Below, in pieces: positions 28,164 through 37,093 of a stretch of 64,000 nt of DNA; position 1 is the stretch's first letter, and every line of letters starts with the position of its first letter. Origin of the DNA: Escherichia phage vB_EcoM_RZ; the sequence record MW598459. One strand, given 5' to 3'. The position numbers were made by a program, and so were the translations under genes. Below the pieces are notes generated by a model. That model was not told where the DNA came from and ran no database searches. It was given only the letters and a program-made list of their open reading frames with translations.

Positions 28164-29174
28164 TTAACGATAATAGGAATTGTGGTTGTCAAGGTATACC
28201 TCTTCAACAAACTTGTCCCAGAACTTCATGTCTACCTTATCAGGCATACCATTCTTAGCAGCCTGGATGGCCAGAACTTCAACTAAATCGACAGTATCTT
28301 CAAGAAGTTCTTGAACTTCTTTAAATGGTAATTCACCAGCTTTAATCAGCTTAATGATAGAGGCTTCACGCAATGGGAATACCAAGTCACCTGTTTGGTA
28401 GATTTCCATCAATTGATACCCTGCACGATAAGCATGGCTCAGTGCTTTCCAATCAATACCTTCGTTAGCTTCTGCTTTACGAGCACGTTCACCATATTCG
28501 GCGTCGAGTTTATTCAGAGATTGCTTGAGCTCGATTAATGACAGAGTAGTTTGGTACTTACGTCCGAGAACAGTATAGAACGTTTGTGGACCTGTTTTCT
28601 CATGGTTATGGAATACCCATTCACAGAACTCGTTTTCAGGGAGTCTGTGTTTGATATCTTCTACCTTAGTACGACGAAGTCTATCAGGGATTCCTTCTTG
28701 ATAATCGACCCACTGTTCAGGAATCTGGTTAACAATTGCCAGTACACCACGCAGTGCAGCCAATCGAGAACCTTTAACACCATATTTGGAAGCTTGCTTA
28801 CGGACGTACCCCAAATAGGCTTTCATGTTAGTTGTATAGAACCGCGAACGGTTGTCTTGAATAAACTTCCATACATCTGGTAAATCGGATTTGACAACCA
28901 GGTTAGCCGGGGTGTGAATCATGTCCAGAGCAACGGTTTCGCCTTCGGCTGCCAGTTTAAAGAAATATTTCAGGCTATAAAGTTCATGGTCAATATCGTC
29001 TTTTGTATTTTTGGTAGCCGTGTTATTCGTGTTCAGGTTTGTATGGTTCATCGCGGTTCCGAGCAGGATATCTCGCGGATGAGGAACAAAGATTTCTTTA
29101 AAATCAACATCAGATTCCGGAGTGCTTGTTCCATAAAGATGGCTACCGAAGTAGCCTTTCATAACTGTTCTCAT
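28164..29174 (-). CDS. Pol-beta superfamily nucleotidyltransferase-like protein, hypothetical function
   Basis: Track ORF 28164..29204; ATG at 29174 gives MRTVMKGYFGSHLYGTSTPESDVDF (GS-x9-SDVDF nucleotidyltransferase motif); family not established. Confidence 0.55.
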   Translation of the reverse strand: MRTVMKGYFGSHLYGTSTPESDVDFKEIFVPHPRDILLGTAMNHTNLNTNNTATKNTKDDIDHELYSLKYFFKLAAEGETVALDMIHTPANLVVKSDLPDVWKFIQDNRSRFYTTNMKAYLGYVRKQASKYGVKGSRLAALRGVLAIVNQIPEQWVDYQEGIPDRLRRTKVEDIKHRLPENEFCEWVFHNHEKTGPQTFYTVLGRKYQTTLSLIELKQSLNKLDAEYGERARKAEANEGIDWKALSHAYRAGYQLMEIYQTGDLVFPLREASIIKLIKAGELPFKEVQELLEDTVDLVEVLAIQAAKNGMPDKVDMKFWDKFVEEVYLDNHNSYYR

Positions 29175-29623
29175 TTTTTGTCCTCGAAGTGGATTACAGG
29201 ACACATCTTAGATTTACGAGCTTTAATGTATTGAATAACGATGTTTTCTTTAGTTTCCTTTCCTTCACGTTTGGCTAGAATACGTTGCCATTCCTTTTCT
29301 TCTTTACGTAAATCATACCATGCGTGCAAATTCATCGCACCTAATGCCAAACCAATGGATAGCGCAATAATAAGAGCTATTGCAATCAACCCTAAAACAA
29401 ACCCTAGACTCAACAGAACAGGAGTACTTAATACAAAGAAATGCTCTAATACACCAGCTCCTGCAACAGTTAATCCAAAAAGCGTACTACCTGCAACAAC
29501 AGCACAAGCAAAACAAGCCCAAACCATTTTCCAGAAGTAAGCACACAAAGAGTGTGGTCGAGAATGACGGTCATAAAAACGGTCGTGTAATTTAACGTGC
29601 CAAGAGTTTGCATTGATAATCAT
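29171..29623 (-). CDS. Hypothetical membrane protein (150 aa, about three TM helices, basic C-terminal tail)
   Basis: Track ORF; stop overlaps the nucleotidyltransferase ATG. Confidence 0.5.
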   Translation of the reverse strand: MIINANSWHVKLHDRFYDRHSRPHSLCAYFWKMVWACFACAVVAGSTLFGLTVAGAGVLEHFFVLSTPVLLSLGFVLGLIAIALIIALSIGLALGAMNLHAWYDLRKEEKEWQRILAKREGKETKENIVIQYIKARKSKMCPVIHFEDKK

Positions 29624-29633
29624 AATATTTTCC

Positions 29634-30194
29634 TTAAGAGTTCATAGTTGGGATAACAGAGTTCAGATAAGAGACTAAAACTTTTAGCTCGTCCTTAGTA
29701 AATACCACTTCATTAAAACCATCGTGTACTTGGGTAATACATAGTTGGTCACGACCATCATGCTGAACAACAGTCAGTTCAGTATTATAATTCAATTCCT
29801 CTTCGTCACCGTCAAAGGTTTCACTAGAGCGAATCACTGCATCTTGACCTGGGACTTTCCATTCAACTTCTGGCTTACATTCTTCCTGGAACAGTTTGAA
29901 AATACAATCAAAGAATTTATCAGAATCGCTAATGCTCAGACATTTTTCATCTGTTTCAATATTAAACCCACCATCGTGCTTATAAATGCGAGCACATACA
30001 TCATCGTTAATATCAAATACACCACTAAAACTACCACTAAGATATTCGTCTTTATCCAAAACCTTTAAATCATAAAGTGGTTTAATATCTTGGATAGTCA
30101 GTACGATTTTATCGTCTTCTTGACAAAGCTCAATTGCATTATTAACTACTTCAGCGGTCAGTTCGCCAAACAATTCAGTTGTTTCAATAATCAT
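29634..30194 (-). CDS. Highly acidic hypothetical protein (186 aa)
   Basis: Track ORF; very high Asp/Glu content. Confidence 0.5.
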   Translation of the reverse strand: MIIETTELFGELTAEVVNNAIELCQEDDKIVLTIQDIKPLYDLKVLDKDEYLSGSFSGVFDINDDVCARIYKHDGGFNIETDEKCLSISDSDKFFDCIFKLFQEECKPEVEWKVPGQDAVIRSSETFDGDEEELNYNTELTVVQHDGRDQLCITQVHDGFNEVVFTKDELKVLVSYLNSVIPTMNS

Positions 30195-30204
30195 TTTCTG
30201 TTCC

Positions 30205-30489
30205 TCAACGGTTATGTTTTAAAATACTATAAAGTGCTTCTACTTGGCTTGCATCCAGGTAAATAACATCATCATCTTGCTCAATGGAAATCCCACCGGT
30301 ATTACCTTTAACAAAATTACATTCGCATACTTCAACTGGGCGGTATACGTCACCAACTGGATGCTCAGGCTCCAGAACAATCACACCATTTTCAGAATTG
30401 CCGCTTGGGTCATATAACATTACATTTTCCTCACTAACCACGAAAAGAATAAACCGATTAAAATAGGACCTATAATCATTGTTGACCAA
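30205..30489 (-). CDS. Hypothetical protein (94 aa)
   Basis: Track ORF. Confidence 0.4.
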   Translation of the reverse strand: MVNNDYRSYFNRFILFVVSEENVMLYDPSGNSENGVIVLEPEHPVGDVYRPVEVCECNFVKGNTGGISIEQDDDVIYLDASQVEALYSILKHNR

Positions 30490-30511
30490 GCCCAGGGTTC
30501 TAAGTAATAAA

Positions 30512-30769
30512 TCATCTCATGCTCCTGTGCCAACAATTTCTTGGTTCACGTTTAAAAATTTCATCATGCATTGATTGACAACCAACACAATATATCACAC
30601 CTTTAATCGCTTGTCTCCGCGCTTCAGGAATTTTTTCGTCGCAGTCAAAACAGAATTCAGCAGACTCCCTTTCAACTGCAACCTGTGCTCTCGCATGGGT
30701 GATAGCGGCCTGTACAACCGCTTCCATCTCTAACTGTTCAGCACCATCTTTTGCAAATCCAACAGCCAT
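30512..30769 (-). CDS. TraR/DksA-family C4 zinc-finger protein (85 aa)
   Basis: Track ORF; CFDCDEKIPEARRQAIKGVIYCVGCQ four-Cys finger typical of TraR/DksA C-terminus. Confidence 0.5.
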   Translation of the reverse strand: MAVGFAKDGAEQLEMEAVVQAAITHARAQVAVERESAEFCFDCDEKIPEARRQAIKGVIYCVGCQSMHDEIFKREPRNCWHRSMR

Positions 30770-30951
30770 TATTCTTTCAACCCATTCAGATAAGCAATTA
30801 ATTCTTCTTTAGAACTATTCAAATCACGCTTACACTGTTCTATTCCAGAATATGAATAACCTTCACAATATTCAACAGCCAGGTCATTGGATGCATTTTC
30901 AATGTGCCAAGCGAGTTTGATAATTTTCTCAATCTGTTCAGTAGTTAACAT
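30769..30951 (-). CDS. Hypothetical protein (60 aa)
   Basis: Track ORF. Confidence 0.35.
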   Translation of the reverse strand: MLTTEQIEKIIKLAWHIENASNDLAVEYCEGYSYSGIEQCKRDLNSSKEELIAYLNGLKE

Positions 30952-31208
30952 TATGCAGTCCTGTAATCAATAATTTCGTCAAGGAACATATCCAATGCTT
31001 CCAGAGCATTGCCAACTTTTGCTTCTAATTCTTTACCGCCAGATACAGATGGGGCTGCCCAAGCATAAGCTGCCATTTCATCATCTGCTTCACGAATTGC
31101 TGCAACTAATGCAGAGATTCTCTTTGCTTGTTCTAAAGTAATCATTATTCCACCACATATGATAATGAGAAAATTGCTGATGAAAGATGAGTAGCATCTT
31201 CTTCGCAC
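30951..31208 (-). CDS. Hypothetical protein (85 aa)
   Basis: Track ORF; start may be an internal Met. Confidence 0.35.
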   Translation of the reverse strand: MRRRCYSSFISNFLIIICGGIMITLEQAKRISALVAAIREADDEMAAYAWAAPSVSGGKELEAKVGNALEALDMFLDEIIDYRTA

Positions 31209-31348
31209 AGTTCAAATGGAGCTTTCTGCAAGAGTTCAACCACTTCTTCATCAGTGGCACTGTCCATAAAGATTGCATAATCATTAAGATAGATAACAAC
31301 CTCATCACCAGTATTAACTGCATCAATCTTGATATTTTTAATTCTCAT
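31145..31348 (-). CDS. Hypothetical acidic protein (67 aa)
   Basis: Track ORF directly served by the early promoter at 31377-31406. Confidence 0.4.
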   Translation of the reverse strand: MRIKNIKIDAVNTGDEVVIYLNDYAIFMDSATDEEVVELLQKAPFELCEEDATHLSSAIFSLSYVVE

Positions 31349-31376
31349 TGTATTCTCCTCAGTAGTTGATGGGATA

Positions 31377-31406
31377 ATAGTACACCCTTTTTATAAGGAT
31401 GTAAAC
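31377..31406 (-). promoter_or_regulatory. Early promoter (-35 GTTTAC, 18 bp, -10 TACTAT)
   Basis: Read on minus strand; conserved leader CCCATCAACTACTGAGGAGAATA precedes ATG at 31348. Confidence 0.5.
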
Positions 31407-31416
31407 CCCCTAAATG

Positions 31417-31446
31417 AAAAAAGGTCCACCCGAAGGCAGACCTTTT
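31417..31446 (-). terminator. Intrinsic terminator hairpin with U-run on minus strand
   Basis: Inverted repeat AAAAGGTC...GACCTTTT just downstream of the stop of ORF 31450..31833. Confidence 0.45.
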
Positions 31447-31449
31447 GAA

Positions 31450-31833
31450 TTACTCTAGTGTTAACAGATACTTAGTCTGAAAGAAAACTCCAACGATATC
31501 GTCCAGAGTCGATTGAATAGCCTTAGGTACAACTTTATAGACTCTTTCCGAGCTTTTAATCATTTCATCTAAAAACAAAATTGTATCTTTCGGCAAGTCC
31601 GAGGCGGACGGTAATGCAGCTTTGTATTGTTTCCCGCTGTAACCTAACCATTGCTCACTGAACTGGTCGAGTGGACCTTGGATTTCTGTGAAGTAGAAAT
31701 CATAAGCTTTATGGCGGGCGTAACTTTTGGTTTCAAGATGGGCGGATTTAAAATAAGCCAAAGAGACTAACAACCACCCAATATATGAATCCACCTCAGA
31801 CCCACGACCCGTTACGAAATCATCAAATTTCAT
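31450..31833 (-). CDS. Hypothetical protein (127 aa)
   Basis: Track ORF. Confidence 0.45.
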   Translation of the reverse strand: MKFDDFVTGRGSEVDSYIGWLLVSLAYFKSAHLETKSYARHKAYDFYFTEIQGPLDQFSEQWLGYSGKQYKAALPSASDLPKDTILFLDEMIKSSERVYKVVPKAIQSTLDDIVGVFFQTKYLLTLE

Positions 31834-32164
31834 CTTCCAATTTTACCTTCATTAATTTAGCGTATTCGACTGCAGCAGCACGGCCATCAATTTGACATGT
31901 GATTTCATTTACACATTGACTCTTATTGTTCCATTCAGTTTTAATAAAAGCCCAAAATTGTTCGGACTGCTCGACGCTGGGTTCTTTGAATTGCGAATAG
32001 ATTTGCATCGCACTATCTGCATACTGGGTAAATTTACCATCTGTAGCAGAGGACATATTTGGGCCTAAACAGCCCATTAGTAATAGACTTAGAGAAAGTC
32101 CTCGAATAAGGTCCATAAAGGACTCCTTATTGTTGGTCATGATTACGCTTTGCAGCCTTAACAT
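31823..32164 (-). CDS. Putative secreted protein or lipoprotein (LLLMGC lipobox-like), hypothetical
   Basis: Track ORF; start uncertain. Confidence 0.4.
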   Translation of the reverse strand: MLRLQSVIMTNNKESFMDLIRGLSLSLLLMGCLGPNMSSATDGKFTQYADSAMQIYSQFKEPSVEQSEQFWAFIKTEWNNKSQCVNEITCQIDGRAAAVEYAKLMKVKLEDEI

Positions 32165-32190
32165 AGCGGAATACTAGTTAGTAACTGTAT

Positions 32191-32466
32191 TTATAATCTT
32201 TTAAATTTGAAACAATACATTGCAAATAAATCAGAAAAATGTCTATCAACCCATATTCTTTGCACTGGACTAGTAACAGTCAACATATAATGTGATTTTT
32301 GTAAATTTATTCCATTTTTATTCGGGCATTCTTTATTAACAGAATGGTACGTGCTTGCTACTATTTCAATTTCCCTTTCATATCTCTCGCTATCTGTTTG
32401 TGTGGGGATAAATGCAATCCCAGCAATAACAAAAATAGAGATATACGTCCAAACCTTGTATATCAT
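32191..32466 (-). CDS. Hypothetical membrane protein (91 aa)
   Basis: Track ORF; hydrophobic N-terminus. Confidence 0.4.
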   Translation of the reverse strand: MIYKVWTYISIFVIAGIAFIPTQTDSERYEREIEIVASTYHSVNKECPNKNGINLQKSHYMLTVTSPVQRIWVDRHFSDLFAMYCFKFKRL

Positions 32467-32473
32467 GCGAACC

Positions 32474-33046
32474 TCAGCTTGTTAATTCGAGCCAATGTTT
32501 CCTGCATAAAGATACGTACGATTCATTCCCACCGACTAACACTTGCTCGCCGTCCTTTACAGCAGCACCGTCGATTACTCGCGCGGTCATGGTTGCTTTC
32601 CGGCCGCAATGACAGACGCCCTTTAATTCAACCAGTTTATCCGAAATAGCCAGAAGTCTGGCTGAACCGGGAAATAATTGACCCCGAAAATCTGTTCTTA
32701 ACCCGTAACACATAACGGGGATATTGTAATTATCAACCACTTGAGCTAACTGGTCAATTTGCTCTGGTAACAAAAATTGAGCTTCATCGACCAGGACACA
32801 ATGGATATCCTTTTGAGACTCGGCCCATTTATAGAATTCAAACAGGTTCATGTCGGCCGTTACCAGGTTTGCTTCCTGGCTAATACCAATACGTGATTTG
32901 ATTTCAGATTCCGAGTCCCGATTATCAATAACAGGTTTTAGCAAAAGCACACTCATTCCACGCTCTTTATAGGAATAAGCTGCAGTCAGCAATGAAGCTG
33001 TTTTGCCTGCATTCATTGCTGCGTAATGATAAATTAAACTCGCCAT
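32474..33046 (-). CDS. tk: Thymidine kinase (190 aa)
   Basis: Track ORF; P-loop AAMNAGKTASLL, VDEAQF, C-terminal zinc ribbon CHCG...C; T4 tk-like. Confidence 0.9.
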   Translation of the reverse strand: MASLIYHYAAMNAGKTASLLTAAYSYKERGMSVLLLKPVIDNRDSESEIKSRIGISQEANLVTADMNLFEFYKWAESQKDIHCVLVDEAQFLLPEQIDQLAQVVDNYNIPVMCYGLRTDFRGQLFPGSARLLAISDKLVELKGVCHCGRKATMTARVIDGAAVKDGEQVLVGGNESYVSLCRKHWLELTS

Positions 33047-33055
33047 ATCACCTTC

Positions 33056-33241
33056 TTAAAGCGTATTCACATAAGCTATTAATTCGTTTTCTTTCGCATC
33101 AAATCGATTAGCAAATTCTTCCTGATGTTCGGCATCTATCGGACCATATTCATCATAAAAGGCGTTTGCTTCCGTATGCTCATCCAAAAGCTCATGGATA
33201 AGCTCAAATAATCTACTTTTCTGACTAATGCTTAAACTCAT
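33056..33241 (-). CDS. Hypothetical acidic protein (61 aa)
   Basis: Track ORF. Confidence 0.4.
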   Translation of the reverse strand: MSLSISQKSRLFELIHELLDEHTEANAFYDEYGPIDAEHQEEFANRFDAKENELIAYVNTL

Positions 33242-33444
33242 TTCGGTTCACCATATCGCACAAATTTAGGATGTTCGCAATAACCAGAATGAAAACCTTC
33301 ACCCTTATGATTAGAACATCCTTTATTAGAACAGTACCACCAGTAATCATATTCGCAATTCATTTCATCATTGCATAAAGCTGCGATTACTGGCCATTCA
33401 CATTTTTCACATTTGGCCGTTTTAAGAATTCGGGCTTGGCTCAT
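33238..33444 (-). CDS. Hypothetical Cys-rich protein (68 aa)
   Basis: Track ORF; multiple CxxC/CxxxC pairs. Confidence 0.4.
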   Translation of the reverse strand: MSQARILKTAKCEKCEWPVIAALCNDEMNCEYDYWWYCSNKGCSNHKGEGFHSGYCEHPKFVRYGEPK

Positions 33445-33895
33445 AATCCACCACTATTAAATCAATATCAGGAGTAAACATGTCGATTAATTTAGAAACC
33501 TTATCCCAATCGCCGCCAGCAATACCACAACCAATACGAGGAATATAAATTACCGGTTTAAACAAAAGGGTTTCTGCCTGTAGATTTAATTCTATCATAC
33601 AATTTACTAAAGCGCCATAATCAAGATTAGGGCCCGGTTCATATTGGGTGTACAAATTATAGCACATACCAAACCCAGTAGGTTTATGTTTAAAAACAAT
33701 AGACATATCGCCGAGTTTTTCTCTGGAACCATATTCAGTAGTGGTTTTATCTATTTCTAAAACTTTTGGATAGGCCTTCGCCAACTGTCCAGCTACGCCA
33801 GAACCCATTGTGTGAAAGCAGTTGCAACCATGTGCAATAATATTGCCTTGAAGAAAGAGGGCGACGATATCGCCCTTAATATACTGGGTAATCAT
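33422..33895 (-). CDS. Macro-domain-like protein (157 aa), putative ADP-ribose binding/hydrolysing
   Basis: Track ORF; GDIVALFLQGNIIAHGCNCFHTMGSGVAGQL resembles the macro-domain N-terminal ADP-ribose binding motif; motif-level only. Confidence 0.5.
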   Translation of the reverse strand: MITQYIKGDIVALFLQGNIIAHGCNCFHTMGSGVAGQLAKAYPKVLEIDKTTTEYGSREKLGDMSIVFKHKPTGFGMCYNLYTQYEPGPNLDYGALVNCMIELNLQAETLLFKPVIYIPRIGCGIAGGDWDKVSKLIDMFTPDIDLIVVDYEPSPNS

Positions 33896-34251
33896 TTAGA
33901 GTTCAACCCTCTATTATATGAATCCACTAACCTGTCAACCATACTGGTGCAGGCCGCCTTATATTTTGCACTTGAAAGAATGCAATCCATTTCAAATAAT
34001 TTCTTTTCATATTTGTTGGATAATACATTCTTTTTCAAAAGTGTATGTTCAACATCATTTTGGCCATCTTTATATGCCGCGGTGAGCTTGGCGCTGAACT
34101 GGATTACACAATCCACATTGCTTGGTGCGCAATAATCTTTAGCCGTCCTCGTTGCATATTCTATGATGCTGTTGTTGTCATCGCTCTGTACTGAAGCTAT
34201 TCCTCCCATGCTGAATACTAACCCTATGGCTAAAGTGATAACTCTTACCAT
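33892..34251 (-). CDS. Secreted hypothetical protein (119 aa, signal peptide)
   Basis: Track ORF; hydrophobic N-terminus with cleavage-like site ASVQS. Confidence 0.45.
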   Translation of the reverse strand: MVRVITLAIGLVFSMGGIASVQSDDNNSIIEYATRTAKDYCAPSNVDCVIQFSAKLTAAYKDGQNDVEHTLLKKNVLSNKYEKKLFEMDCILSSAKYKAACTSMVDRLVDSYNRGLNSK

Positions 34252-34253
34252 TT

Positions 34254-34796
34254 TTAATCCACCGTTTTTAATAGGCCTCGTGATTTTAAGTAGTTAGCTT
34301 TTTCTAGGACCTGTGAAGCATACGTATTACCAGCTTTCACATTCCATCCTGCGTTATATGATGATAGTGTTTTCCTTATATCCCCCTTATGAATATTCAA
34401 CCAGTATGAAAGCTCAATGTAAGCCCAGCGTGCACTGTTCTCTCTCTTGCTTATCATCTTGATTATTTCTTTATCTGTCATTGTCCACCCAACCTGTTTC
34501 ACGCGTTCGCGCACGGTTGGAAGATAATTTTGGAATATACCATATGCATGATGCTTATCTTTATTTAATCCAGTATTAATCCCAGCAGAACTCTCCTGCC
34601 AGGTTAAACCAGCCATGATATATCCCAAACCATTATGTTGGTGCGGATTTTCTTTGTACTTACCATTTTTCTGGAACTGTTCTCCAAACGCATAAGCATA
34701 TTGGAGGTTTTCCATTTGTTCATTACTGAAAGTAGGCTCTACGCTATGGGCAGACATACTAACTGTCAATAGTAAGGTGGCGATTACTTTTTTCAT
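34254..34796 (-). CDS. Secreted lytic-transglycosylase-like protein (180 aa)
   Basis: Track ORF; signal peptide MKKVIATLLLTVSMSAHS; GLTWQESS catalytic-Glu-like motif and YGIFQ as in SLT domains; tentative. Confidence 0.45.
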   Translation of the reverse strand: MKKVIATLLLTVSMSAHSVEPTFSNEQMENLQYAYAFGEQFQKNGKYKENPHQHNGLGYIMAGLTWQESSAGINTGLNKDKHHAYGIFQNYLPTVRERVKQVGWTMTDKEIIKMISKRENSARWAYIELSYWLNIHKGDIRKTLSSYNAGWNVKAGNTYASQVLEKANYLKSRGLLKTVD

Positions 34797-34806
34797 GAAT
34801 TCCCCA

Positions 34807-35265
34807 TTAGATATAAATCACTTTTGTGCTAATTTTTCCTTCCAGACGATTAGAGTTAACAAACGCCATACGACAACACATGGTCGGAGACTTCCCAGGA
34901 ATAGCGGGGTTAACTGTCATTCCTAACCACAGGTTCTTGTCCGTGATTTCCAGACGAAGTGGACGGTAGTTCACATTCGGGTCAATTTGTGCTTCAACTT
35001 CCGGGAGTGGTTTCATCTCCAAGAATTCAACGATTTCTTTTACATGTGGTGTGATTTTTCCAAACAAGTCAAAAACATATTGTTCATCAATTTCACGTTG
35101 GATTGCACGGTCCAACAGGTGTGGACTGTACTTAATGAAGAATGCCTCAAGGCCTGCTTCTTTACAAGCCTTGTTGATAGCATTATTAATTTTGAGGAAC
35201 TCCGTTTCAAAAATGCGACGAAGTTTATTGCGGCGAATGTAAACACTTGAATCGATAGTAGTCAT
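34807..35265 (-). CDS. regB: RegB site-specific endoribonuclease (152 aa)
   Basis: Track ORF 34807..35322; ATG at 35265 downstream of early promoter gives MTTIDSSVYIRRNKLRR..., matching T4 RegB from memory. Confidence 0.85.
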   Translation of the reverse strand: MTTIDSSVYIRRNKLRRIFETEFLKINNAINKACKEAGLEAFFIKYSPHLLDRAIQREIDEQYVFDLFGKITPHVKEIVEFLEMKPLPEVEAQIDPNVNYRPLRLEITDKNLWLGMTVNPAIPGKSPTMCCRMAFVNSNRLEGKISTKVIYI

Positions 35266-35292
35266 GATTATCTCCTTTTGTTTGATGGGATA

Positions 35293-35321
35293 ATCATAAC
35301 TCATTTCAATCTGCTTGTACA

Positions 35322-35322
<1 letters not shown>
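35293..35322 (-). promoter_or_regulatory. Early promoter (-35 GTGTAC, 18 bp, -10 TATGAT)
   Basis: Read on minus strand upstream of regB; leader TATCCCATCAAACAAAAGGAGATAATC. Confidence 0.55.
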
Positions 35323-35901
<579 letters not shown>

Positions 35902-35905
<4 letters not shown>

Positions 35906-36120
35906 TTCACTTCCTCATCAGATGCAGTATCATATTCTACCAAACGAAGGCCATCATATCCGCCACGAACAGAGATATACGTACTCGGATAAACAATTTC
36001 TTTACCATTCCATTGGCCACCGTCCCAACATTCCATAAAGCCTTGTTCGCCCTGTTCATGGAACCAGTCAACAAACAGCTTCAGAGCTTCTTCAGAACCT
36101 TCAATTGTCAATTTAGACAT
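35902..36120 (-). CDS. Hypothetical protein (72 aa)
   Basis: Track ORF. Confidence 0.4.
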
Positions 36121-36409
36121 ATTTTTTCCAATCAGAAATCATATGAATCTCTTGGTCATAAGTCAAGAGACTACGAGTAATAATACCCTTACAAGGCCCA
36201 GAGATGAACTCGAGAGTAAAGTAAGGAACCTGTTTCATTAATCGGATACTTGGAGCATGACATCTAAAACGAGAGCCCTTAAAGGGCCCCGACATGAATA
36301 CATATTCTAATGGATAGAAATAAGCATATTCAAAATTTGTAGTAAGGTCCTCTCTTCGGACCTTACGTGAGAAATAGCAGAACTCAAAAAGTTCTTCATC
36401 AGTCATCAT
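36113..36409 (-). CDS. Hypothetical protein (98 aa)
   Basis: Track ORF. Confidence 0.4.
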   Translation of the reverse strand: MMTDEELFEFCYFSRKVRREDLTTNFEYAYFYPLEYVFMSGPFKGSRFRCHAPSIRLMKQVPYFTLEFISGPCKGIITRSLLTYDQEIHMISDWKKYV

Positions 36410-36933
36410 TGCATTCCTATCACAAAGAACAGTGGCAGAGGTTTAGAACCTTGGCACATAAATTTATTCATCATTGTCTGATAAGCTTCATAGAACTTAT
36501 CCATCGCTGGTAGGCGAATAGGCTCTTCAATAATAATCAATAATCGGGTAACAGACAGTCCACGATATTTGTGAAAATGATCTTCATCTAAAAATGAACG
36601 AACAGTATCATATACAACAAAACCAGGTCGTTCAACATTAAGATGTGGCTGTGCTTTAGAAACCCGCTTTATTATATCACAGATTTCTCGTGAGCGATGC
36701 GAAGAACTCGACATAACAATTACATCATTACCCTTAGAAACCCAATCCGCAGCAAATTGTGCAATGGCACTTGTTTTACCTGTTTGCCTTCCGCCGTCAA
36801 GTCTAAGAGTACCAAACTCTTGCATTCTTGAAGCGGGTTCATACCAGGTGTATTGGTCTGAATCTAAGCGTTCAATGGCGCGTTCAGCGAAGGCGTGCAT
36901 TAAGGTTAGATAAATGGGAGTTAAAAATTTCAT
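36406..36933 (-). CDS. Small P-loop NTPase-like protein (175 aa)
   Basis: Track ORF; Walker A GGRQTGKTSA and Walker B-like LLIIIEEP. Confidence 0.5.
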   Translation of the reverse strand: MKFLTPIYLTLMHAFAERAIERLDSDQYTWYEPASRMQEFGTLRLDGGRQTGKTSAIAQFAADWVSKGNDVIVMSSSSHRSREICDIIKRVSKAQPHLNVERPGFVVYDTVRSFLDEDHFHKYRGLSVTRLLIIIEEPIRLPAMDKFYEAYQTMMNKFMCQGSKPLPLFFVIGMQ

Positions 36934-37093
36934 AGTTGCCTCTTAGTTGTGGGGCCGTTCCTTGGCACATAATTCATCCGTGTATCCGTATGTAAACCCT
37001 TTACCGCACTTGGGCTCGACCTTATTACAGGTAGGGAAAGGTCCATCACTCAGAGGACGCAACGTTCATGAGGAGAGGGTCGGCTTGCCTTTA

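Noticed and set aside
27968-28286. Overlapping ORFs 27968..28210 (-) and 28005..28286 (+) between the hairpin terminator and the nucleotidyltransferase gene
   Set aside because: Both overlap the 3' end of the nucleotidyltransferase ORF or each other; no RBS or promoter seen; could not decide that either is real.
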